A DNA stretch of 64,000 bases, from assembly GCA_965208105.1 (NCBI GenBank), contig OZ242318.1, forward strand, positions 192,001 to 256,000. Reading direction: 5' to 3'. The notes beneath the pieces were generated by a model, which saw nothing but the letters and a program-made list of their open reading frames with translations, did not search any database and was not told the origin of the DNA. Shown in pieces: positions 8,529-17,371 of this stretch (within the stretch, counting starts at the first letter, position 1; the number at the start of each line of letters is the position of its first letter). A program made the position numbers and the translations under genes. Origin of the DNA: Candidatus Latescibacterota bacterium. Lineage in GTDB: Bacteria > Latescibacterota > UBA2968 > UBA8231.

Positions 8529-8996
8529 ATGACTCTGCAAGTGGGGGATAAAGCCCCTGATTTCACTCTCAAGAACACCGATATGGAAGATGTCAGCCTG
8601 AGTTCCTTCCAGGGTAGGAACGTGGTCCTGCTCTTCGTTCCGCTGGCCTTCACCGGCGTGTGCACCGAGGAGCTGTGCGAGGTGTCTCAGGGTCTCAACA
8701 CCTATGGCGAGCTGGGCGCCGAAGTCCTGGGAATTAGCGTGGACAGCCCCTTCAGTCTGCAGGCCTGGGCCGCCAAGGAGGGAATCTCCTTGACCCTGTT
8801 GAGCGATTTCAACAAGGAGGTTTCCGCGGCCTACGGGGCCCAGTACGAGGACCTTATCGGATTCAAGGGGGTGGCCAAGCGTTCCGCCTTCGTGGTCGAC
8901 CGGCAGGGGGTTGTGCGCTACGCCTCCATATCCGACGACCCCAAGGTTCTTCCCGACTTTCAGGCTGTCAAAGCCTGCCTTCAGTCATTGAACTGA
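8529..8996 (+). CDS. Peroxiredoxin (AhpC/TSA, AhpE-like)
   Basis: [44 protein letters not shown]. Confidence 0.9.
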   Translation: MTLQVGDKAPDFTLKNTDMEDVSLSSFQGRNVVLLFVPLAFTGVCTEELCEVSQGLNTYGELGAEVLGISVDSPFSLQAWAAKEGISLTLLSDFNKEVSAAYGAQYEDLIGFKGVAKRSAFVVDRQGVVRYASISDDPKVLPDFQAVKACLQSLN

Positions 8997-9093
8997 TCGC
9001 AGGCAGGGCCTCTGATGGCCGGGGGGCTGCCGCTCCCCGGTTTCCGCTCCCCAGCAGATAATCGAAATCTACCCGGGACTGGTAAATTCAATC

Positions 9094-10485
9094 ATGTCCG
9101 AGCAGCGCGATTCGGTATCCACCTTGATCCCCGCCGCTCACAAACCGGTGGCGGACGAGGCCAGGTTGCGGCACAGGGAACTGCGCGACGACGAATACTG
9201 GCGACGCATTCCGACCTACGCCGACCTGAGTGCAGATGAGTTTCACGACCACCGCTTCCAGGCGCGCAACAGCATCACCAGCCTGACCAAGCTGCGGCGG
9301 GTGGTGGGCGACCTTGTCTCTCCTTCCTTCTACGACGATGTAGCCCTGGGCTTGCAGCGCTCGACCATGAGCCTGCGCCTGTCTCCCTATGTCGTCAGTC
9401 TCATCGATTGGGAGGACCCCTACGGCGACCCCCTGCGGATCCAGTTTCTCCCCGTGGCTTCCAGGTTCCTGCCCGATCATCCGGAGCTGGTATTCGATGC
9501 TCTCCACGAACAGATCGATTCACCCGTACCCGGGCTGACCCACCGCTATCTCGACAGGGCCCTCTTCCTCGCCCTGGACACCTGTCCGGTCTACTGCCGG
9601 TTCTGCACCCGGTCCTACGCCGTGGGGCTGGATACGGAAGACGTGGAGAAGGTTCACTTCGGAGCAAACCGGGAGCGCTGGGAGCAGGTATTCGCCTATG
9701 TAGCCAGCCGCCCGGAGTTGGAGGATATCGTCGTCAGCGGCGGCGATGTGGCCAATCTGAAGGCGGAGCACATGGAGTACATCGGCATGACCCTGCTGGA
9801 AATGGATCAGATCCGCAGGCTTCGTTTCGCCACGAAGGGGCCCGCCATCATGCCCCAGAAGCTGGTTACGGACGACGACTGGGTGGACGCCCTGTCCCGG
9901 GTGGTCGAAGCGGGACGGAAGCGATGCAAGGAGGTGGTTCTCCACACCCATTTCAATCATCCGAACGAAATAACCTGGATATCCTCCGTGGGGTTGAACC
10001 GGATGATGCGGCGCGGGATCACCATGCGCAACCAGACAGTTCTGCAGCGGGGTGTGAACGACTGCCCCGAGACCATGAGATTGCTGGTGCGTCGTCTCAG
10101 CTACGTCAATGTACAGCCCTACTATGTTTTCGTTCACGATATGGTAAAAGGCGTAGAAGACCTGCGCACTCCCCTGGCTACCGCCCTTACCCTCGAAAAG
10201 GAGGTGCGCGGCATCACCGCAGGATTCAACACTCCGACCTTCGTGCTTGACACCATGGGCGGCGGCGGCAAGCGCGACGTGCATTCCTTCGAACACTACG
10301 ACCGCGACAATGGGATTTCGGTGTTCACCAGTCCCGCAGTTCGTCCGGACGAGTTGTTCTTCTACTTCGACCCCATCAATTCCCTGGCCGCCGAAGCACA
10401 AGAGCGATGGCAGGACGCAGAACTGCGGGCTGCCATGCTTGAATCTGCACGTGCCGAGGCGGTCGCGAAGAGTCATCAGGGATAG
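9094..10485 (+). CDS. KamA-family radical SAM/PLP aminomutase
   Basis: LTHRY, CPVYCRFCTR, VSGGD, HFNHPNE, NQTVLQRGVND, GGGGK. Confidence 0.9.
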   Translation: MSEQRDSVSTLIPAAHKPVADEARLRHRELRDDEYWRRIPTYADLSADEFHDHRFQARNSITSLTKLRRVVGDLVSPSFYDDVALGLQRSTMSLRLSPYVVSLIDWEDPYGDPLRIQFLPVASRFLPDHPELVFDALHEQIDSPVPGLTHRYLDRALFLALDTCPVYCRFCTRSYAVGLDTEDVEKVHFGANRERWEQVFAYVASRPELEDIVVSGGDVANLKAEHMEYIGMTLLEMDQIRRLRFATKGPAIMPQKLVTDDDWVDALSRVVEAGRKRCKEVVLHTHFNHPNEITWISSVGLNRMMRRGITMRNQTVLQRGVNDCPETMRLLVRRLSYVNVQPYYVFVHDMVKGVEDLRTPLATALTLEKEVRGITAGFNTPTFVLDTMGGGGKRDVHSFEHYDRDNGISVFTSPAVRPDELFFYFDPINSLAAEAQERWQDAELRAAMLESARAEAVAKSHQG

Positions 10486-10643
10486 AGAAGAGAAAACCGG
10501 GCCGGCATGGGTCCGGGCATTTCTCTCCTGCATCTCCGAAGATTGGTTGACGTTGCCAGGATGTGTTCTCCGTCCGTTGGCGGAGGGCGGGGCGCGGTGT
10601 TCGATCAACCGCCTTTCCCGACGGCTTCCAGAGGTCAGAAGAC

Positions 10644-12296
10644 ATGGCATACAGCGATTTAACACTATGGGTGAGCGGTCTCGGCTTTGTGGTTCTGGGT
10701 CTCGCGCTTGGGTATTTCGTCAGCTTCTGGTTGCGCAAGAACAGTTTGGAGCAGCAGAAGAAGGACTCCGAAAAGGAGATTCTGCGGCGCCTGAGCGAAG
10801 AGGACCGGGTGCAGCGCCTGGGCTTTCTCGAGGAAAAGGACCGTTGGTACAAGCTCCAGTCGCAGCAGGAGAGGAAGCTGGAAAACAGGGAGCTTGACAT
10901 GAACCGGCGTGACAAGGTCCTGAACGGCCAGAGCCGGGAGGTACGCGACGAGCAGGAAGATGTGCGCAAGAGATGGGCTCGTCTCAAAGGGCAGGAGAAG
11001 CGGGTCGAAGCGCGTGAGAAGACTGTGCAGAAGGTCGACGAGGACCTGAAAAGGACTCTGGCGGCCTATCGCCAGCGCCTGGAGATGGTGGCCAACATGA
11101 CCGCCGAGGAGGCCAAGGGACAGCTGCTGGAACACCTGTCCGACGATGTGCGCGCCCGCTCTGCCGCCATGATCCGGGCCGAGCGTGCCCGGGCGAAGGA
11201 AGAGTCGGAGCAGGAGGCAAAGAAGATCATCTCGCAGGCCATCCAGCGCTGCGCCGTCGACGAGGCGGTTCAGGTGTCGACTTCCTCCGTGTCTCTTCCC
11301 AACGAAGGGATAAAGAGCCGCATCATCGGCAAGGAAGGCCGCAATGTGCGGGCTTTCGAATCGGCGACCGGGGTCAAGGTCGTGGTGGACGACTCGCCCG
11401 AAACGGTTCTGCTTTCCTCATTCGATCCAGCCAAGCGCGAGGTAGCGGCCATGGCCATGAAGCGCCTTATCGCCGCCGGAGGCTTCGCTCCCGGACGCAT
11501 CGAGGAAGTGGTGGCAGAGTGCAAGAATGCCATGGAAGAGGATATCGTCAAAGCGGGAAAGAAGGCCCTCGCCGAAGTCGGTGCCGCCGAAGTGCATCCC
11601 GAGCTGCCGCGCTATGTGGGCATGCTGAAGTACAGGGCCAGCCTGGGGCAGAACCTGCTGCAGCACTGCCTCGAAGTGGCCAAGCTCGCGGGGACCATGG
11701 CGGCCGAGATAGGTCTCGACGTGCCTCTCGCGCGGCGCGCGGGATTGCTTCACGATATCGGCAAGACCCTCAGCCGCGAGATGGAAGGTTCCCACGTGGA
11801 ACTGGGAATCGAGCTGTCGGATCGCTTCAACGAGCATCCGGTGGTCAAGGAGGTCATCGCCGAGCATCACGAAGACCTCGACAGCCAGTCCCCCATCTGC
11901 TTCGTCGTCAAGGCAGCCGACACCATATCATCCATCCGGCCGGGTGGCAGGCGCGAGGACCTGGAAGGGTACGCCCGGCGCATCATGCGCCTGGAGGAGA
12001 TCGCGCACTCCTTCGAGGGGGTGCGCGACGTGTACGCCATCAACGCCGGCCGCGAGATCCGCGTCATGGTGAAAGGCGACCACATAGGTGACGACGATTC
12101 CGAGATGCTGGCCTTCGACATAGCCGAGCGGGTCAAGAACGAACTGACCTTCGCCGGCCAGGTGAAGGTCATGGTGGTGCGGGAGACCCGGGCGGTGCGC
12201 TACAGCGGCCGCGGCCATCACCGGCGGGGACGCGGCTCGGGAGGAAGGCGCTCGCGTCCCTCGCGGCGCAACCGCAGCGCGGTCGCCCAGAATTGA
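10644..12296 (+). CDS. rny: Ribonuclease Y
   Basis: N-terminal TM, coiled coil, KH domain RIIGKEGRNVR, HD domain LLHDIGK, AADTISSIRPGGRRE, YAINAGREIRV. Confidence 0.93.
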   Translation: MAYSDLTLWVSGLGFVVLGLALGYFVSFWLRKNSLEQQKKDSEKEILRRLSEEDRVQRLGFLEEKDRWYKLQSQQERKLENRELDMNRRDKVLNGQSREVRDEQEDVRKRWARLKGQEKRVEAREKTVQKVDEDLKRTLAAYRQRLEMVANMTAEEAKGQLLEHLSDDVRARSAAMIRAERARAKEESEQEAKKIISQAIQRCAVDEAVQVSTSSVSLPNEGIKSRIIGKEGRNVRAFESATGVKVVVDDSPETVLLSSFDPAKREVAAMAMKRLIAAGGFAPGRIEEVVAECKNAMEEDIVKAGKKALAEVGAAEVHPELPRYVGMLKYRASLGQNLLQHCLEVAKLAGTMAAEIGLDVPLARRAGLLHDIGKTLSREMEGSHVELGIELSDRFNEHPVVKEVIAEHHEDLDSQSPICFVVKAADTISSIRPGGRREDLEGYARRIMRLEEIAHSFEGVRDVYAINAGREIRVMVKGDHIGDDDSEMLAFDIAERVKNELTFAGQVKVMVVRETRAVRYSGRGHHRRGRGSGGRRSRPSRRNRSAVAQN

Positions 12297-12387
12297 GGCG
12301 AACGGGAAAACCGCCTGGCACCATGCCAGCCTGGACGGACAGGTTCCGTTCCTGCTGCGATCTCAGGCGTTGAAGACTGGGAATACT

Positions 12388-13551
12388 GTGGCCAAAAAGA
12401 TCGTCATCCTCGGCTCCACGGGCTCGATCGGGGATACTGCCTTCAAGGTCCTGCGCGGGCTCGGCCCCGGGTATCGCGTCATCGGGCTGGGCGCGGGCAG
12501 GCAGGTGGAGAAGTTGCTGCGGCAGGTCGAGGTCTGGGGTCCTCGATGCGTGGGCGTGGCGGCAGGCGAGCAGGCGGACCTGGTTAGGCGGCGGATGCAG
12601 GGGCTCGAGGTCGTATCCGGTTCGCAGGGCTTGGTGGAGCTTGCCACCATGGATGAGGCGGATATTGTCCTCAACGCCCTGGTGGGCGCCGTGGGCCTGG
12701 AGCCCACGGTAGCCGCGCTCGAAGCCGGCAAGGTGGTGGCCATGGCCAACAAGGAGCCTCTGGTCATGGCCGGCGGTCTGATCCTGGAGAAGGCGCGGGC
12801 CTGCGGAGGGACTCTGCTGCCTGTCGACAGCGAGCCGAACGCCCTGTGGCAGTGCCTCAAGGGCGAGCGCAGCCGGGACGTGCAACGCCTGATCCTCACA
12901 GCTTCGGGCGGACCTTTCTTCGGCAGGACCCGGGTTCAGATGGCTGCGGTTACTCCGGAGCAGGCGCTGGAGCACCCCACCTGGAGGATGGGGCCGAAGA
13001 TCACGGTAGATTCGGCGACCCTGATGAACAAGGGGTTCGAGGCCATCGAGGCCGGTTGGCTGTTCGGAGTGAGTATCGACCAGGTCGAGGTGGTGGTCCA
13101 CCGCGAGTCGACGGTGCACTCCATGGTGGAGTTCGTCGACGGTTCCATACTCGCCCACCTGGGCAGGACGGACATGCAGCTGCCCATCCAGTACGCCCTG
13201 ACCCATCCCGAGCGCCGGTCCACCGCCCTGGAGAAGCTCGACCTGGTGGAACTGGGTAGGTTGAGTTTTGCGGCGCCCGACTGGGAAAATTTTCCCTGCC
13301 TGGAGTTGTGCTGCCGGGCCGGACGCGCCGGGGGAGTGGTGCCGGCCGCTCTCAACGCGGCCAATGAGGTCGCCGTGGACGCCTTCCTGTCGGGCAGGAT
13401 CGGCTTTCTGGATATCGCCGCCATCAACGAGCGCTTGGTCGAGGCTTGCGACCCGGCGCCGGCGGATTCCCTCGAGGCCGTATTCGAGGCGGACCGCTGG
13501 GCGCGGAGCCTCGCCCGCGAGTTGACGAGTCGGGCCGCCGTTAGCAATTGA
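12388..13551 (+). CDS. dxr: 1-deoxy-D-xylulose-5-phosphate reductoisomerase
   Basis: ILGSTGSIG, ANKE, PVDSE, LTASGGPF, HPTWRMGPKITVDSATLMNKG, NAANEVAV. Confidence 0.96.
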   Translation: MAKKIVILGSTGSIGDTAFKVLRGLGPGYRVIGLGAGRQVEKLLRQVEVWGPRCVGVAAGEQADLVRRRMQGLEVVSGSQGLVELATMDEADIVLNALVGAVGLEPTVAALEAGKVVAMANKEPLVMAGGLILEKARACGGTLLPVDSEPNALWQCLKGERSRDVQRLILTASGGPFFGRTRVQMAAVTPEQALEHPTWRMGPKITVDSATLMNKGFEAIEAGWLFGVSIDQVEVVVHRESTVHSMVEFVDGSILAHLGRTDMQLPIQYALTHPERRSTALEKLDLVELGRLSFAAPDWENFPCLELCCRAGRAGGVVPAALNAANEVAVDAFLSGRIGFLDIAAINERLVEACDPAPADSLEAVFEADRWARSLARELTSRAAVSN

Positions 13552-13573
13552 GAGGGGAACAGGTCTTCAGCCC

Positions 13574-13837
13574 ATGGAAAATCCGCAGAACGGCCAAAAG
13601 GACTACGAGAAAATCGCGGCGAATTGCCAGCGGGTACTGCGCCTGACCACGGGGTTGTTCCTGACAGCCTTCGTTCTGATCATTGCCATGACCTCATTTT
13701 CAACCGGGCTCTACGTGAGGCTCGCCGCCAAGGCGCTCTACTTCGTCATTCTGATTTCGGCACTGACTTCCATTGCAGTGTGGATCTATCGCAACAGGAC
13801 GGAGAAGCGCTGGCGCATTTCCTCCCGCATCATCTAG
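13574..13837 (+). CDS. Small hypothetical two-TM membrane protein
   Basis: GAGGGG upstream; two hydrophobic segments; stop coincides with the repeat end. Confidence 0.6.
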   Translation: MENPQNGQKDYEKIAANCQRVLRLTTGLFLTAFVLIIAMTSFSTGLYVRLAAKALYFVILISALTSIAVWIYRNRTEKRWRISSRII

Positions 13838-14000
13838 GTCCCGTCGCAGAAATATGTCGCCATTTTTCCACCGATCCATCCCGGCTCACGGCGTTGCCTT
13901 CGCTCGCCGTACACCACCGGTACGACTCGCTCAGGCGCCTTGTGAGCCTGGCGCCTCGGCGGCCCAATTGCGTCAACCTATCTCTGCGGCGGGACACTAG
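13834..14000 (+). mobile_element. MITE-like element, family A copy 1 (167 bp)
   Basis: Terminal IR CTAG-GTCCCGTCGCAGAAATA ... TATCTCTGCGGCGGGACAC-TAG; close copies at 17193 and 62026. Confidence 0.85.
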
Positions 14001-14003
14001 GTC

Positions 14004-14444
14004 ATGGAAACCATCGAGGCACATGGCAGGTTCCACGCCGCCCATCGCCAACTGGGATACGAGGGAAAGTGCGCCTTCGTCCACGGACATACCTGGCGCG
14101 GCACCTTCAAGGTCAGCGCCGAGTCCTTCCCACGCGACAAGGAGCTGGACATGTCGGTGGACTTCGGCGCCCTGAAGGATATCTTCAAGGGATTGGACCA
14201 CAAAATGCTGGTCTCGGAAAACGACGGGACCTTTCTGGACCCGGAACTCTTCGAGCCCGACGGGGTGGTCGTACTGCCCGGGGGCAATCCCAGCGTGGAG
14301 AATGTCGCGCTCTATTGTTTCACCAGGGCTGCTGAAGTCCTGAAGTCGCTGTTCCCGGAGCAGCGCATCGAGTACCATCTCGAGGTGACCATACAGGAGA
14401 CCGACAGCAATTTCTTTACGCTCAAGCGGTCCCTGCTCGTTTGA
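14004..14444 (+). CDS. queD: 6-carboxytetrahydropterin synthase (QueD/PTPS family)
   Basis: FHAAH, CAFVHGHTW, DFGALK, LDHK, NPSVENVA, ETDSN. Confidence 0.85.
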   Translation: METIEAHGRFHAAHRQLGYEGKCAFVHGHTWRGTFKVSAESFPRDKELDMSVDFGALKDIFKGLDHKMLVSENDGTFLDPELFEPDGVVVLPGGNPSVENVALYCFTRAAEVLKSLFPEQRIEYHLEVTIQETDSNFFTLKRSLLV

Positions 14445-14626
14445 ATCGCTTGGGAAGCCTCGAGGCCGGGTGGCTGATGGCGGGCAGATTCCGCATGTAG
14501 CTGGAAATCCGCGGCTCGATGGGCCTCCCCGTCGAGCCGGCCTTCCCATCATTCCCCTGGAACCCGGGCCCATGCGGCCTGGCGCATCCCGGCAGGAATG
14601 GAGTTAATCGAGAGAAGGCAGCTTCT

Positions 14627-14905
14627 ATGGCAAAAGAACGGTTGATGACCGCCGGGGAAGTGGCCTCCTACCTGCGCTGCTCCCTTTCCACCGTGCGCAG
14701 GATGGTGCGGCGCGACATGGTCCCCCACTATCGCCTCGGAAAACTGCTGCGCTTCCGCCGCAGCGAAATCGACGCCTGGCTCGCCTTTCACCACGGGGGA
14801 GAACAGCTTCCCGAAGCCAGGTCTTCCAGCGCCAATCCCAACCAGCTTTCCCTTTTCGGCTCCGAACAGAATCTTTCCTCAGACTCCCTGGCTGAAGGGC
14901 AGTAG
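14627..14905 (+). CDS. Excisionase/MerR-like HTH DNA-binding protein
   Basis: LMTAGEVASYLRCSLSTVRRMVRRDMVPHYRLGKLLRFRRSEIDAWL; C-terminal QLSLF. Confidence 0.85.
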   Translation: MAKERLMTAGEVASYLRCSLSTVRRMVRRDMVPHYRLGKLLRFRRSEIDAWLAFHHGGEQLPEARSSSANPNQLSLFGSEQNLSSDSLAEGQ

Positions 14906-14919
14906 CCGGGAGATCCCCC

Positions 14920-17196
14920 TTGTCCGCAGCGTTGAAAATCGAAAAGGCGGCGGTCCTGGGCGCGGGTGTCATGGGCAGCCAGATCTCCGCCCTGCTGGCC
15001 AACGCCGGTCTTCAGGTCGACCTCCTGGACGTGCCGCAGGACGGAGATGGCACCGGTCTGGCGCGGGCGGGCATCGAGCGCTCCCTTAAAGGGCGGCCGC
15101 CCGCTTTCTTCCTGCCGTCCATGGCGCGGCGGATCGTTCCCGGCAGCCTGGAAGACCTGGACGGCCTGGCTGAGGTGGATTGGGTCATCGAGGCCATCGT
15201 CGAAGATTTGCCTGCCAAGAAGGCTCTGCTCGCCAGGGTGGACGAGGTGGCCGGACCCGACCTCGTCATCAGCAGCAATACCTCGGGATTGTCCGTCAAC
15301 GCCCTGGTCGAGGACTGCTCCGCCAACCTGAGGAAACGTTTTCTGGGGACCCATTTCTTCAACCCTCCGCGCTACATGAAACTGGTCGAAATCGTCCCGG
15401 GGGCCGATACCGACCCGGGTATGCTCGAGGGAATGAAGCGGTTCCTGCGCGAGGAGTTGGGCAAGAGCGTTGTGGAAGCGCTGGATACCCCCAACTTCAT
15501 CGCCAACCGCCTGGGAATATTCACCCTCATGGAGGCCCTGCAGCGGATGGAGCGCGAGGGACTCGGGGTCGAGGAGGTGGATGCGGCCACCGGACCCCTG
15601 CTGGGAAGGCCTGCCAGCGCGACCCTGCGGCTGTGCGATATCATCGGGCTGGATACCCTGCTGCAGGTAGCCCGCACCGGCTACGAGAACCTGCCGGAAG
15701 ACAGTGGCAGGGAGGTCATGCAGGCTCCCGGTTTTGTGCGCGGCATGGTGCGCAGGGGGTTGCTGGGGGCAAAGGCCGGAGCCGGGTTCTATCGCAAGAC
15801 GAAATCCGGGATCGATGCCCTGGACCTGGAAACCTTAAGCTACCGGGCGATGAGACCGGCGGATCTGGGTGAGCTCCGGAAGGTGGGAAAGGGTGCGGAC
15901 CTGGGTTCGCGTCTGCAGGCGGTGTGGGACGACCAGGGGAAGCTGGGGGCCTATGGCCGCGCGAATCTCCTGCAGGTGCTGGCCTACGCCGCCGACCACG
16001 CCGCCGATATGGCCTCCGACATCCTCCAGGTGGACCGCGCCATGAGGTGGGGGTTCAACTGGGAGGCGGGACCATTCGAGCTGTGGGACCTGCTGGGGGT
16101 TGAAAGGGTGGCCTCCCGCATCGAGGCGGTGGCCGGCAGGACTCCCCACCTGGCGCATCTGCTCCAGGCTGCCGAAAAAGATCGGTTCTACCGGGAGAGC
16201 TCCGGCCGTCGCTGGTTCTTTGCTCCGGCCAGGGGGGAATACGCCGCGGTGAAAGAGAGTTCCGTGCTGCCGGGCAAGGCTCGGGTTCTACTGGAGAACG
16301 AGGGGGCCCGCCTGCTCGAGATGGAGGACGGCATAGGCCTCCTGGTTCTGCAGGGCAAGATGAACGCCGTGGGTCCTGCCACCCTGGACCTGCTGCGGCG
16401 CATCGGGGAGGAGCAGCCCTGTTCCGGGCTGGTGCTGAGCGGGACGGGAGGTTTGTTCTCGGTGGGAGCGGATCTCAAGTACCTTTTGGGCCTGATCGAC
16501 AACCTCGACTGGAATGGCATCGAGTCCTTCCTGCGCGCCTTTCAGGATGCCGTCACGGGGTTGCGCTACGCCCCCTTCCCGGTGGTGGCGGCCCCGCGGG
16601 GCATGGCCCTGGGCGGGGGATGCGAGTTCTGCATGGGGTCCGACGCCAGGGTCGCTGCGGCGGAGCTGCGCATGGGCCTGGTGGAGACCCGGGTGGGGTT
16701 GATCCCGGGGGCAGGCGGTTGCATGGAGGTGGTGAGAAGCTGGACAGATGACCCCGGATCGGGGTTCGACCTGGTTTTCTCCGGCAGGATCTCCGACAAC
16801 GCGCACCAGGCCAGGGACTGGCGATTGCTTCGCCGCGAAGACCCCGTTCTCATGAGCCCCGACCGACTGCTGCCGAGGGCGCTGGAGGAAATCAGGAAAC
16901 GGGCGGCTGGCTACGATCCCCCCGTTCGCGCTCTCCTGCCCGTTGCCGGCAGCGCCGGACTCCGGGAGCTCGAGGAGCGGATGGAGTCCCGGGCCGGGGA
17001 GCTCGCCCCCTACGACCGGGTCGTGGGACGCGCCCTCGCGCGCGTCCTGTGCGGGGGAGAGGGTCCGCCGAGGCGCGTGAAGGAGCAAGAGTTGCTGGAT
17101 CTGGAGCGCGAATCCTTCCTGCATCTGTGCGGCCAGGAACAGACGCGGGCGCGAATGGCGCACATGTTGAAAACGGGCAAACCCCTGAGGAATTAG
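14920..17196 (+). CDS. 3-hydroxyacyl-CoA dehydrogenase / enoyl-CoA hydratase family protein (FadN-like)
   Basis: VLGAGVMG, EAIVE, SNTSG, HFFNPPRYMKLVE, DTPNFIANR, ALGGGCE, C-terminal TGKPLRN. Confidence 0.92.
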   Translation: MSAALKIEKAAVLGAGVMGSQISALLANAGLQVDLLDVPQDGDGTGLARAGIERSLKGRPPAFFLPSMARRIVPGSLEDLDGLAEVDWVIEAIVEDLPAKKALLARVDEVAGPDLVISSNTSGLSVNALVEDCSANLRKRFLGTHFFNPPRYMKLVEIVPGADTDPGMLEGMKRFLREELGKSVVEALDTPNFIANRLGIFTLMEALQRMEREGLGVEEVDAATGPLLGRPASATLRLCDIIGLDTLLQVARTGYENLPEDSGREVMQAPGFVRGMVRRGLLGAKAGAGFYRKTKSGIDALDLETLSYRAMRPADLGELRKVGKGADLGSRLQAVWDDQGKLGAYGRANLLQVLAYAADHAADMASDILQVDRAMRWGFNWEAGPFELWDLLGVERVASRIEAVAGRTPHLAHLLQAAEKDRFYRESSGRRWFFAPARGEYAAVKESSVLPGKARVLLENEGARLLEMEDGIGLLVLQGKMNAVGPATLDLLRRIGEEQPCSGLVLSGTGGLFSVGADLKYLLGLIDNLDWNGIESFLRAFQDAVTGLRYAPFPVVAAPRGMALGGGCEFCMGSDARVAAAELRMGLVETRVGLIPGAGGCMEVVRSWTDDPGSGFDLVFSGRISDNAHQARDWRLLRREDPVLMSPDRLLPRALEEIRKRAAGYDPPVRALLPVAGSAGLRELEERMESRAGELAPYDRVVGRALARVLCGGEGPPRRVKEQELLDLERESFLHLCGQEQTRARMAHMLKTGKPLRN

Positions 17197-17361
17197 TGTC
17201 CCGTCGCAGAAATATGTCGCCATTATTGCGCCGATCCATCCCGGCTCACGGCGTTGCCTTCACTCGCCGTAGACCACGGGTTCGACTCGCTCAGGCGCCT
17301 TGTGAGCCGGGCGCCTCGGCGGCTCAATTTTCGACAACCTGTCTCTGCGACGGGACACCAG
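17193..17361 (+). mobile_element. MITE-like element, family A copy 2
   Basis: TTAGTGTCCCGTCGCAGAAATA ... TGTCTCTGCGACGGGACACCAG with the same core as copy 1. Confidence 0.85.
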
Positions 17362-17371
17362 GACGATATCC

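Noticed and set aside
10486-10643. 6S RNA upstream of rny
   Set aside because: No zapA upstream and no long closing stem with central bubble could be built; only a short GCGGTGTTCG resemblance
13624-14175. Recurrent peptide STDPSRLTALPSL...LRRLVSLAPRRPNCVNLSLRRDTR, also in ORFs at 17254 and 61810
   Set aside because: It is only the translation of the family A repeat; the ORFs have no consistent start or RBS and overlap real genes
14627-14905. HTH gene as a prophage or ICE excisionase
   Set aside because: No integrase, att site or phage genes nearby
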